Shown here one piece after another: positions 37,520-49,409 of a DNA stretch of 64,000 nt. Within the stretch, counting starts at the first letter, position 1, and every line of letters begins with the position of its first letter. The notes under the pieces are model-generated. The model had not been told where the DNA came from, ran no database searches, and saw only the letters and a list, made by a program, of their open reading frames with translations. The stretch lies in the NCBI RefSeq assembly GCF_963921235.1, contig NC_086097.1, forward strand, positions 28,088,001-28,152,000. Reading direction: 5' to 3'. This DNA is from Mobula hypostoma. Lineage: Eukaryota. The position numbers and the translations under genes are program-made.

Positions 37520-37557
37520 TAGTCCTGACGAAGGGTCTCGGCCTGAAACGTTGACTG
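37520..37557 (+). ncRNA. Minimal hammerhead ribozyme motif in the PLE pseudo-LTR (GUU triplet)
   Basis: TAGTCCTGACGAAGGGTCTCGGCCTGAAACGTTGACTG; differs from the 16330 copy only at the cleavage nucleotide. Confidence 0.7.
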
Positions 37558-40224
37558 CACCTCTTCCTACAGATGCCGCTTGGCCTGCTGCGTTCACCAG
37601 CAACTTTGATGTATGTTGCTTGAATTTCCAGCATCTGCAGAATTCCTGTTGTTTTTGTTTTAGATGCTTATTTCTGTCTTCTACATTAGTGCATCAGTAG
37701 GAAAGAGCAAATTTTAGATTTCCAAACATTCATTTTCAAAAAAATTAAATGTTAGAGAAATGTTTGTATTTTGTAAAAGAAAATAACACATTAATAGATC
37801 ACTTTCAAATAAAAGCTTGATTACTTTGTCAGTATATAGTCCAGAGCGTAGTTAAACAAACAGGTGCTCATGATCAATGACATAATGAGATGAACAAACT
37901 AAACTTATTAACTGTAACAAACGAGTGTAGAAGGAATCAAACTGGGCAAAGGATAACCAAATTAAAAGGCAAGGGTGTGGCAGATGTGACAGTTAAGCCT
38001 TCAAATCATCAATTCTTACACCATGGCAAGAGTAGGCATAGAAGCAAGATACAACGTGGGTCATCCTATATCAGCAAGGTCTCTCCCAAGCAGAAATTTC
38101 ACAGACATGAGTTTCAAGATGTACTGTTCAAGCTCTTCTGAAGTACAAAGAAATGGGCAAGGTTGAGATCAGAAATGTAATGGTCAGCCACGAAAACTGA
38201 ATGCAGCAGACAAGAGATACATCAATCTGGCATTCCTTCCAAATTGGAAGTACAACATTGCTATCAGCTCTGAACTCACAAAAACCACTGGAACCCAAGT
38301 AACCCCTCTACAGTACAGAGAGGTCTTGTCAGAAAAGGTCTTCATGGAAGAATTGCTACCAAAATGCCATTCCTCCGATGTGGAAACAAAGCCAAGAGGC
38401 TCACCCAACCACAAACACATAAGGATTATGATCCTGAACAATGGCAGCAAGTGCTCTGGACTAAAGAGTCAAAATTTGGAAGTTTTTGGCCCAAATAGAA
38501 GGCAGTTTGTCTGTAGAGCTGTGGAGAGTGCCACATAGATAAGTGTCAGCAGCCAACAGTGAAGCACTGCAGAGATTTCCTGCAGATTGAGGCTACATTT
38601 CTGCAATGGAGTTGGTGATTTGGTCAGAATTAATTTTTAAATATAGCACCGTTGTAAACAACAAGATGGACTAGGATTCCACAAAATGTACAGTATACAA
38701 CTGACCAAATATCACATACTTCTACTTTCAAGTTGCTGTAGGTTTATAAAGATTAAAAACTACAAAAGCATAGAATTGTTTAAAAACAGTAGCACAGTTA
38801 TTAGGCTTACAGTATTAGAGAAATTGATGGAATACACAGGTGCAACATTACTTTTTCCAAAAATAAAATCTCAAATTGCTTCCAGCACTATCACTAGCAC
38901 ATTAATTTATAACCAGCATTTCATCCAAGTCTATTCCCAACTTAAAATATTCCTGCTAGACACAATTCAAGTCTGAAAAATATATCCAACACTACAATTA
39001 AAGTGAAATAACAATAAATTAAAATTCACACAACTTAATTTTCTGCTGATGCCTTTGTGACAACACTGAAGTTACTGGTCCAAATGTTCACATTTACAAA
39101 TTTGAAACTCCAACAATAAAGGTAACAAACCACTTCATCCCTGAAGTCTGATCTGCCATTCAATCAGACCACAGCTTAGCTGACCTCTGCATGACCAAAT
39201 TTAAAAAAAAAATACCCTGAAAGTCTCACCTTGCTTTGAGTGTATTCTGGGTTTTCAATGAATTATGTGGAAGTGCTTTCTAACTTCATCCTCAAATAGA
39301 TTAGCTCTATTATTAAGCACAATTTCTCAAAAAGTATTTCCGCATAAAACTTTTTCTACATCTGTTCAAATGAATCCAATTCTTTAATTTAAACACAACT
39401 TACCAAGCATTTCACAAATTCTGCCTAATTAAATATTTTTCACAGCTATCCATAACTTAAAAAGTAAAGAGTTTACAATTAAAAATAACAGAAATTGACC
39501 ACAATAATACTTCATTCTTGGAACTGCAGAAATGTTGATTGCAATCAAAATTTGTATAGAACATGATCAGACTAATAGAAGACTTCAAAGTGCAGCATCA
39601 GCCTATCAGTGTATTTATCATGATAGCTTTCTCTAAGAAAAAAGATTCTCCTCTAACATACTGAAGGCTCCCTGACAGCTTTACTTTGTCTTCTACGTGC
39701 TCTTTCTGAGATACTTAGTGTGAAATTTTGTTTGATAACACATAAAGATATTTTACTACAATCTTTTTTATAAAATAATATATAAAGAGCATACAAGGGC
39801 AGGAACTTGTCAAAGTCCTGGCTGATACTGTACTTCAATGCAAATTTCCTGCCCGGCTCTCCCTATTCTCCAATTTCCTCAAAACTACTAATTTCTCTAA
39901 AACCATTCTATTTTGAATGAAATTAATGACCTGGCTTTTAAGAGGCATCTGGTACAGACAATCAGAATCAGGTTTATTACCACCTGCATGTATCATGAAA
40001 TTTGTAAACTTAGCAGCAGCAGTTCAATGCAATCCATAATAAAGAAAAAAATAAATTAATTACAGTATATGTATATTGAATAGATTAAAAATGGTGCAAA
40101 AACAAAAATATATTAAAATAGTGAGTTAGTGTTCATGGGTCCAATGTCCATTTAGGAATCGGATGGCAGAGGGGAAGAAGCTGTTCCTGAATCACTGAGC
40201 ATGTGACTTCAGGCTTCTGTACCT

Positions 40225-41130
40225 GAAGGGCCCAGATGGTAAACTAATGCAGGTTAGATCATCTGGAATCCAGGGTGAGCTAGTCAACTGGATACAGAGT
40301 TGGCTTGGTGGTAGTGGAGGGTCATTTTCAGACTGGAGGACGGTGACCAGCGGTGTGCTGCAGGGATTAATTCTAAGTCCATTGTTTGTCATATCTGGCA
40401 AATATTAAAATTACACCAAAATTGATTGCAGAAGACAGTGAAGGAGATTGCCTAGGAATTTAAGTCAACCAAGAAAGTGAGAATAAGAATGGCAATGGAA
40501 CTTAGTTCAAACAAATGCAAAGTGATGAATTTTGGGAAGTTAAACCACAGCAATACAAACAGTGACGTAGTACAGAGAAACCTAGGGTGCAAGTACATAG
40601 TTCCCTGTAAATGGTGACAAATAACATAGCAAAGGTGGTGCCTTTATCATTCAGGGCACCAAGAACAAGAACTGGGACATCATGTTACGGCTGTACAAGG
40701 TACTATGAACAGTTCTGCTTGTCATGCTGTAGGAAAAATGCAATTAAATTGGAAAGGTTGCAGAAACATTCAAAGGGACGTGGAGTGCTTGAACTATAAG
40801 GAGAAACTGGATAGACCGACTTTTCCTTGGATCAAAAGGGGCATTCTAGGGGTTTATAAAACCCAAGGCGCATAAATAAGGAGGATGGTTACAGTCTTTA
40901 CACACACACTCTATCACCAAAGGACTTAAACTAAAGAGTATAAGTTTAAGGTGAGAAGGGAAAGATTTAAAGATGAATCAAGAGGCTGTTTGCCATAGGA
41001 AGAAATAAGCTATAATTACAACAATTAAGAGGGGTAGATAAATAGTGAAGGTTTAGAAGGATATGGGCCAAATGCAGGCAAATGGGATAAGGTCAGGTAT
41101 ACAGCCTTGTCAGCTGGACAAGTTAGGCTG
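40225..41130 (+). mobile_element. Old CR1-like LINE fragment
   Basis: Degenerate HGIQGELVNWIQSWL, VTSGVLQG.IL.PLF and KCKVMNFG motifs. Confidence 0.65.
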
Positions 41131-43849
41131 AGCTGTTGTGATTGTCATTCTATTACTGCACAATCCAACCATTTTTAAAACTATTAAATATTGTGAGCCA
41201 TGAATGACAGAGTCAATGCTCAGTTAAAATATGCATAATAAAACATTGTGCAACCACAAGTTTAGGAACATTGATCTGCTAGATATCAACATATTCTATA
41301 CAAACTACTTTCAGCAAGCCACTATTAAAACAGTGGACTAATGCTGCATGTTAAAAGTGGCTTATTTAATACAATAAGAGAATGCAGAAGAGTTCCTACT
41401 TCAATGTCCATCAACATATTTGCAATTCATACTTTCTGAAGATGACTGACCCCCAATCTTTTGCAAGCAGCTTTGACCGGATGAAAGAACGCAAGAAATA
41501 GCAGGAGTAGAGCACTTAGCCCTAGTGCTTGTTCTGCCATTTAATGAGACCTTTTTAATATCAATGCTAATTTCTTCCCAGAACTCAACTTCTCTCTTTC
41601 GAGCTGTCTCAGGTATACAGGAGACAATGGCATTGAGGGGTTGTGTTCATATCACAATTTTCTACAATGCAAAGCCATGTCGTCCGTGCAGGCATTAGGA
41701 AACACAAGCTGAAAAAAAAGCTTTTTTCTATCCAAACCCTGAAAAGGGAACTTTTATTTTGTATCTCAAATTTTGGGCATCAATCTGTGAATTCCACAAG
41801 GACATATTTCTGTTCCTCGAACGCCAGTAACATTAGGGGATGAGGGTCATCTGTATTCTGCAAGTGCTTGGACAGAGAATTCCAAAGACCCACTACCTTC
41901 TGGGTGAAGAAGTTTTTTCTCATGCCATTCATTGAATGAACATCTCAGGCAAAGGAAGCATCTCAGCTACACTATCCAATCAAGCTCAATAAGATTTTTT
42001 TCTATACAAAGTGCAGTGTTTAATCACTTCTTAAGGTAAATTGCATTCCCTCTCCATTCCAAAAATAACATTGGGTGAACCTTTAGGACACATACCCTGA
42101 CAATCATTTCCTTTGGTAGGGAGACCACACCTATACAAAATAGGATATCAGCTAACATTTACTCATCAATAAAAACTATACTTACTTTTAAATAAGTATC
42201 AGTGTCAAGTCACTATTTAGGCATTTGTAAAACAATGACATCCATTAAAAGGCATTATATCAAATGCTTTCTATTTCAAGCTCATCTGCAAACAATTTAA
42301 AACCAAAACAAGCAGGGTTTTTAGAAAACTGTAAGTGTCCCAATGTCACCCCAAATTTAAAAGCTACTTTGTCAATTATTCAGCTGTTTATTTTGCACCA
42401 TAACAGGATACAAGTACCTAGTAAACAACACTATCAAAATGTAGTCACTGGATTGATGCCATTGTCCACTTGAATTCAAGGACACCAACCTGGCTTTTCA
42501 GTTGTACCTGGTATAATATAGTTAAATGATCAAACCTGATGATCTTCAAGTCCCACTTTAAGTACCATGTCCTGTCTTTTACATTTGCACTTTTGGACCA
42601 AAAAGGTTAACAAAATAAAAATTTTACAAAATTAGTTTGAAGATGTAAAAAGGGAGCAAGAGTAAATGGATTACTTTTGTTTTAACACTATTATTTGCAC
42701 TCTATCTTAAGGTCCCTCAGGACAAGGGATTACTGGGAACAAAGAAAACACTTTGGGATGATTTCAAAACTTTTTTTAAAAATGTAATAAGCCCACAAAC
42801 TTGTGGGAATTTCTTGCCCATGACTAATCAAACTGTGGGAACGTTAAGAACCCCAAAGTATCTGTGGGAGTGCACAGAAACCAAGTGAGAATATTGAGTA
42901 CAGCACCTTCAAGCAGAGTCCATGGATGTCTCACGGGTGTCAATCAGCCATAGAACCAGAGTATTGTTATGAATACAGGAAATTCTCAACCTTCATGGCC
43001 CAAGAGATCGTTGGTTATAAGCAAGGTGCTACAAAAATACATAACAAATGGAATCATGTCAGTCAGTCCCTTGTGACTGGTCTGGTGATCTTTTGCCTTA
43101 ATGCCCTGTGTAATAATTTGATCTGCATGAACAGTATTTAAGACAAGCTTTTCACCGTATCTTGGTGCATGTGATAATAATAAATCAAAACCAAAGCACT
43201 CATAAATTATGATTGCCTAAACACCTGCACTGATCTCTACAGTGTGATCAAGTCATGGATTCCTAACAAAATAATGATTAGTTTATTCCTGTTTTCTTTT
43301 TTCTGCCCATGGTTAATCCTCAATCTATGATATTTCTATATTTTAAAAAAATCATGTAGTAACTTACTAAAAGGTTCCAATTGTCATATTACAGCATATC
43401 CATGATTGCTAAAAACTGTTAGAAGTTCCTAAAGAGGAGGAAGTGGTGGTATTATAACACAAAGATTAGCATATATCTTGAATACAATATCCAGAAAGTT
43501 AGTGAGAATAGAACCCGGGGGAGGGGGGGAGGGAGGAGAAATCAGGTTAGTTAAGCTAGGGTGGAGGGGTGGTGGTCAACGAGGTATGAAGTTTGGCAAG
43601 AAGGGCTTGCTACAATTGTATGGGGCTTCAAAGGGACTCCACCTGGAAGACAGAACTGGTCAGAATGAAATGGCACAGTAGACTCGATGGACTAACTGAC
43701 CTGATTCTGCTGTTTTATGGTCTTCTTATTATCACTGTTTTAAATAACATGAATTTTCTTGTTTTGACAGCACAATACAGTGCAAGCCAAATTGCTACAA
43801 ATGGCAAAATAAATAAATAATGCAAATGAGGAACAATAGGTAGTCTTCA

Positions 43850-44950
43850 TTTGTTCATGAACTGTTCAGAAATGTAGTGACTGAGCAGAAGCTGTTCCTG
43901 AACAGCTGAACATGGGTTTTCAAGCTCCTGTACCTCCTCCCCGACAGTGATAACGAGAAGAGATTATGTCCCTGATGGTGAGAGTCCCTTATTGATCAAT
44001 GACATCTTCTTAAGGCACCACCTCTTGAAAATGTCCTTACTAGTGGAGAGGATTTTGCCCATGATAGAGATGCCCGAGTCTACAACCCTGTACATTCTCT
44101 TGCAATCCTGTACACAAGATGCTCCACACCAGGATGTGACCATTGTAATCTATGGAAATTTTAAGTCTTTGGTGATATAACAAATCTCCTCAAACTCCTA
44201 ACCAAGAGGAACAGTTGGCATGCCTTCTTCAATGTGTTAGCCCAGGACAGATCCTCAGAAAACTTCCAGGAACTTGAAGATGTTCACCTTTTCCACTAAC
44301 GAGCACTGGTGTGTGTTCTTCCAATTTCCCATTCCTGAAGTCCATATTCAATTCCTTAGTTTTGCTGATACTGAATGCGAGGTTACTTTTGCAAGACCAC
44401 TCAACCAGCCAATCTACCTCACTCTTGTATGCTGTTTCACTAAGCATTGGTGTCAACTGAGAATGCATAGATGACATTTGAGCTGTGCATAGTCATAGGC
44501 GTAAGGAGTAGAGCAGTGAGCTAAGCACACACCCTTGAGATGCACTGTGTTGCCTGCCAGCAAGGAGAGGTTATTGCTCATCCATACTGACTGATCTCCC
44601 AATGAGGAAGTCAAGGTTCCAGCTGCAGGAGATAGAGGATCAGGTTTAGAAGCTTGTTGGTTATTACCGAAGAGATGATAACACTGAACACTGATCTGTA
44701 ATCAATAACAGCAGTCTGATATACATATTGCTGTTGTCTAGGTGCTCTAAGCAGAATGCAGAGGAATCAGTGAGATTGCATTCACGTGCACCTGTTAAAA
44801 AAACAAATGCACAAATTGCAGGGGTCTAGGTCCTTGATCAGGCAAGAATTAGTTCTAGTCATAATCAACCTTTAAGCACTTCATTACAGTAGATATGAAT
44901 GCTACCGGTTGATATTTGTTGAGGCAGCTCTTCTTGAGTGCTCATATGAT
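43850..44950 (-). mobile_element. Rex1/Babar-like LINE RT fragment
   Basis: AYKSEVDWLVEW..SNLAFSISKTKEL.MDFR in ORF 44229-44477. Confidence 0.65.
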
Positions 44951-47779
44951 TGTTGCCAATTTGAAGCAGGTACACAAGAACATTACTTATCATAAAGGGC
45001 CTAGTGATCAGCTGTTATGTTCACACTAAACATCCACCACTCATCCCATTGTCGTCTAACATAGACACAGAATACTGCTAGTCCTCTGACAAGATTACAT
45101 CTCAGTCTCTTTCCCTACCAATGTTCTCACATTTTCAGGTTTTAAACTTAAGCTATTACAAGTACTGTTCTTCTATATAGTTATATTTTCAGTTTCTTAT
45201 TCCATAAAACTGTATTTAAATTAATGCTGATTACAATGTGCCCCAAAACTCTTCATTACTGTATCTCTTCCCTTTGCCAACACAATCCCAAAACCATGAA
45301 CCCTTTCATCTCCTTTAAATCAATCCTCCTTTCTCAAATGCAATCCTTTTAAAAGCTCAACAACCTTGCAGTTGTTCTGAACATGAGATTAAATAAAGCT
45401 GCTTATAGACAAAGAACCAAGCAATTTTTTTTGAACAAAGAATTATTCTATATACCACCTGGACTGTAGATTAAATATTGAAGTTCTGTTCAATTGCCAT
45501 AATTACACGCAGTGCCCAAAATACTTTGGGAAAAGTGCACAATATCTGAGCAAATGGCCAAGTGTCTTCCTGAATCTACTTGATGCACAAGATGCGGCAA
45601 AACTAAAATTCCTTCTGGTACTGAATGAGATCATTTTAATTTTAATTCAAAAGCTTCCATTAACCTGCAGCATGGGTAGGAAAGCAAACAAAGGTTCAAA
45701 GGCTCATTTAATATCAGAAAATATATACAGTATACAACCTGAAATTTGTACTCTTCACAGACATCCACGAAAAATCAGCATGGGCTAATGAATTTGTTCT
45801 TAAATACAGAACAGTGCTGAAGTAATTTCTTTCCAAACTGAGACATCAAGTATAGTATGACTGTGTACTTAGAGATAAAACACACAGCCTCCAAGTTAGA
45901 TGACTCAAAACAAGCAGGCGTGCAAAATCTCACTGTTAAGATTGAGGAACTGCTGCTCTATCAAACACAGTCATTTAAAGCAGGCTGTAAACAACGTCTG
46001 GTGTCACTGCAAAGCAAAATTAAACTAAAGGACAGTTGCAGAGCTTCTCCAATGCCCTGGCTCAAAGAGCATCTGAAAAAAACATTTCCATCTACTGAGT
46101 CTGTTGTCCTTGTTGAACAAAGTATGATTGCTGTCTTTATCTTATAGCAATGCCAATAAAATATTGTTAACTATGAGAGACCTTTGGGACATCCTGAGGT
46201 CAAGAAAAACTTTCCCTTTCAGCACTTGTTCAATCCACAATCTCAAAGATTATTACATCTGTAGATCTGAAAACTGCTCACCACATCTGCCCAAGTTTGT
46301 CTGCTCACGTAGCAAAACGACTTACATATCCAAGTAGGCTGGGTTGTAAATTTTGGTTCACAACACCCTGTTGCTGCAAAGCTCCAGCATTTCCCACAAC
46401 GAAATGGGACACTGACAGAAGCAGATGTTTTCCCCAACTCACCGAGCCGCTTCTCAATGCACACAGCTTGCACCACTCAAAAAAAACGTCCAAATAAAGA
46501 CAGCCATCTGTACAATCGTGCATTCGTGTTGAGATAAAATGTGTCGCATTTTTCCAACAGCATGATTTCTCCGAAGGTGCTAACTGCTCCCACTACTGTA
46601 CATTAATGCACCCTCAGTTTAACTCCCGTCCCCGCCCATTGATTTCATAGCTTCGTATAGGTTAAGATTTCTTGCATGGCAACGAGCATCAATTGCGCTA
46701 AAAGGAAAATAAAACATACAAGGATTTTTAAGTAACATTATAAGATTCTCGATAGATTTCTTAAATAAAACAAATATTATACTCAATTTCTGTTCTAAAA
46801 ACTCGCTATGATGTCGTTCAGAACAGGTTTCAGCCTTGTTCTATCGGGTTTTTGTTGTCATGGTAAGAATACAAATCTGTCCGGACACAGCTCTCAAACC
46901 CCCAATTAAAACATAACTGACAGTTGTCAGAAATAATGCGTTTGCAGACAGAAAATGTTCCCACCTGAACTGCCAAACAACCTGCAAAATACCTTTGGAG
47001 TCCATCACTGTTAACCCCGGCAGCGGGAACAATTGTGGTTTTTACTTCCCTTCTCCACCCCCAGAAAGAATATAACAGAGACGAAAAAAAAACATCTTTA
47101 CGCGCAGAGTAGTTTCCTACTTTTATTTTAAACCGTACATTAGACCAAGCGTGCGGGTGCAACACATTCACCAATGCAGTGGACCATAAATAGAGATACA
47201 GCAAGCACAATCGTGTTATCCATGAAGACAACTGTGGGCATAATACACATCCCACTGTAAATTCGTGAATATTACCAAAATGCAGACTCATCAAGTACAG
47301 TACAATCATAAACAAGAGATTCTACAGCTGCTGGAAATCCAGAGCAACACACATAAAATGTTGGGGGAACTCAACAAGTCAGGCAGCATCTAGGGTGGGG
47401 AATAAACAGTCGACGTTTCAGTCCGAGAAGCTTCTCACTAATTAGTCCTCTCCATACCTGACCAACATTGTGCGCGTTCAAGTAAAGCAATTTTATTTAA
47501 TCTAAATCACAACGTCTCGAGGCTCACTGCCTCAAAGCGATGAGCACACAAAGAAAAGCCACCTTGAACAACAAATGCAAAATCCATTGCTAAGGACAGC
47601 TGCAAACATCCAGCTGTCACGATATTTTAAAAAGCGACAACATTTTTTTTAAGATTGCAAAGTTTCTGCAGCCGATCGGGGGGAAGAGCTTGCAGATGCA
47701 ACATCCCTGCAAAGGTACACTTGCCAACCCCCGCCCTCCCCGGTGCACGGTGTTTTGTCAACTTAAGGGGCACGTAGAT

Positions 47780-48350
47780 GCTTCTTTTAGGCTGACAGCC
47801 GCTGGCGGGCTGCATTAAAACGCCGCTAAGCGCGATTCCAGGCCGGGGCTCGCGCTCTTACCGTTCTTCAGCTCGTGCTCAACGGTAAACATGTCACCTT
47901 CACCGGACCCTTCCTCCATGTTCCGCAACCCCAGGGCTATGTTGTCTTTATCAAAACAAATATCCAAAGCCGCTTAGCTTTTTTTAAAAAATTAAAATAA
48001 ATACGCCTCACACGGAGGAGACACCTCCTCTCCCATTCACGGCTGCCGCTACTACTACGCTGCTCGTCAACCGAACTTGAGAGCGAGGAATCCGACCGCC
48101 CCCATTCCTCCACCGAGAGCGCGATTGGACAACTATCCGGCGGCACGGCGGGAGTCTCCGCCTTATCCAGCAGCCATTGGGAGAGGGGCCTGTCACTCAA
48201 GGCTAACCGTAGGCGGGGATTGGTCGCTAGTTCCGGTCATCAGGTTAGATTGGTAAATTTACTACGGCGCATCTCTTTCGCCCGGTGTTTGTTTGGGAAT
48301 TCGGCGCGACCAATCGATCTCCGATGCAGCGGCCATGCGCGGGCAACAGC
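47780..48350. promoter_or_regulatory. CpG-island promoter of RPS6KA5 with multiple CCAAT boxes and GC boxes
   Basis: Dense CpG. ATTGG at 48124, 48176, 48219 and 48249; CCAAT at 48310; GC boxes at 48096 and 48212; CTGTCACTCA (PBX/PREP-type decamer) at 48190-48199; TTCCGG (ETS core) at 48231. Confidence 0.8.
47862..47919 (-). CDS. RPS6KA5: Coding exon 1 of ribosomal protein S6 kinase alpha-5 (MSK1); MEEGSGEGDMFTVEHELKN plus 1 nt
   Basis: ATG in strong Kozak context (AACATGG), 58 coding nt, then a canonical G|GTAAGA donor (phase 1). The peptide resembles the vertebrate MSK1 N-terminus as I recall it (MEEEG...LLTVKHELRT|ANLTGH), and the split G fits the following Ala codon. Lies in a CpG island. 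Only 19 aa are available and it is missing from the ORF track. Confidence 0.82.
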
Positions 48351-48351
48351 C

Positions 48352-48612
48352 CCTTAAAAGGATAGTGTTTTAAGGCAAACAGTTATCGAGACCCATAAAC
48401 CTTGTCCTCTGGAATCAAATCATATCAACAAACCCAAGGGACAGAACCATGTCAACCAACCCAGGGGAAAGCTCCTTGAAGCCAAACAGTTGACGCAACC
48501 CATAAACCTCGTCCTCTGGAATCAAATCATATCAACAAACCCAAAGGACAGAACCTTAAAGGGACAGCGCCTTAAAGGAAACTGTCGATGTAACACATAA
48601 ACTTCGTCCTTC
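48352..48612. repeat. Degenerate tandem repeat of ~107-bp period just beyond the promoter
   Basis: 48376-48448 and 48483-48555 share ACCCATAAACCT.GTCCTCTGGAATCAAATCATATCAACAAACCCAA.GGACAGAACC; partial third unit at 48554-48612. Confidence 0.8.
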
Positions 48613-49409
48613 AGCCTGGTGGTTTGTGCTTTTCAAGTTCAAGTTTATTGTCATTTGATTACATATATACAACCAAATGAAACCACCTTCCCCCAATCCA
48701 CAGTGCACCCACACAACGTATATCACACACGGCACATAAACCACAATATTATTATTAATTAATTAATTAAATATAATTCAAAATACGTGTTGTAAAGCAC
48801 AGCACAGGTAAACAGTAAACTGCTCGCTGTCCTAGTGACAAGACCTAGGTGGTGGCAGGTTATTCATTAGTCTCACAGCCTAAGGGAAGAAGTTCTGATG
48901 TTTCTATACCTCCTTCCTGATGGTAATGGGTCAAAGAGATTGTGTCAGGAGTGGTAAGCATCCTCAGTAATGGTTTGACATGCCCCATCACCCAGGGCAT
49001 GCCCTCTTCTCATTGTTACCATCAGGAAGGAGGTACAGAAGCCTGAAGGCACACACTCAGTGATTCAAGAACAGCTTCTTCCCCTCTGCCATCTGATTCC
49101 TAAAAGGGCAATTGAATCTGTGAACACTGTCACTTCTTTAAAACTATATATTATTTCTTTTTGCACTACTTTTAATCTATTTCATATATAGAGATATATA
49201 TATAATGTAATTGATTTACTTATTTGTTATTTTCTTTCTATATTATCATGTATTGCACTGCACTCTTGCTGCTAAGTTAACAAATTTCACGACACAGGCC
49301 GGTGATAATAAACCTGATTCTGGTTTGGGCCTCCTGTCTGCAACACTCTCAATAAATGTCACAAATGGGGGAAGGGAGACCCTAATGATACTCTTGGCTG
49401 TTTTTACAA

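Larger units (their letters stand above)
35020..37652 (+). mobile_element. Young 5'-truncated Penelope-like element with 3' pseudo-LTR
   Basis: 13-bp TSD TTTTGTTTTAGAT (35007-35019 / 37653-37665); long open frame; terminal repeat with hammerhead motif. Confidence 0.93.
34956..38632 (+). mobile_element. Degenerate Tc1 transposon split by a Penelope insertion
   Basis: Tc1-like left end TA-TAGTACTGTGCAAAAGTCTTAGGCA at 34954. Frameshifted transposase 38023-38632: ILYQQGLSQAEIS, VSRCTVQALL, GQPRKL, QWQQVLWTKESKF, PTVKH, GVGDLVRIN. Confidence 0.75.

Noticed and set aside
42530..42590. Minus-strand stretch giving AN..TGH..KVGLED, superficially like MSK1 exon 2
   Set aside because: Needs two frameshifts, lacks FELLKVLGTG and has no suitable splice sites; probably chance.
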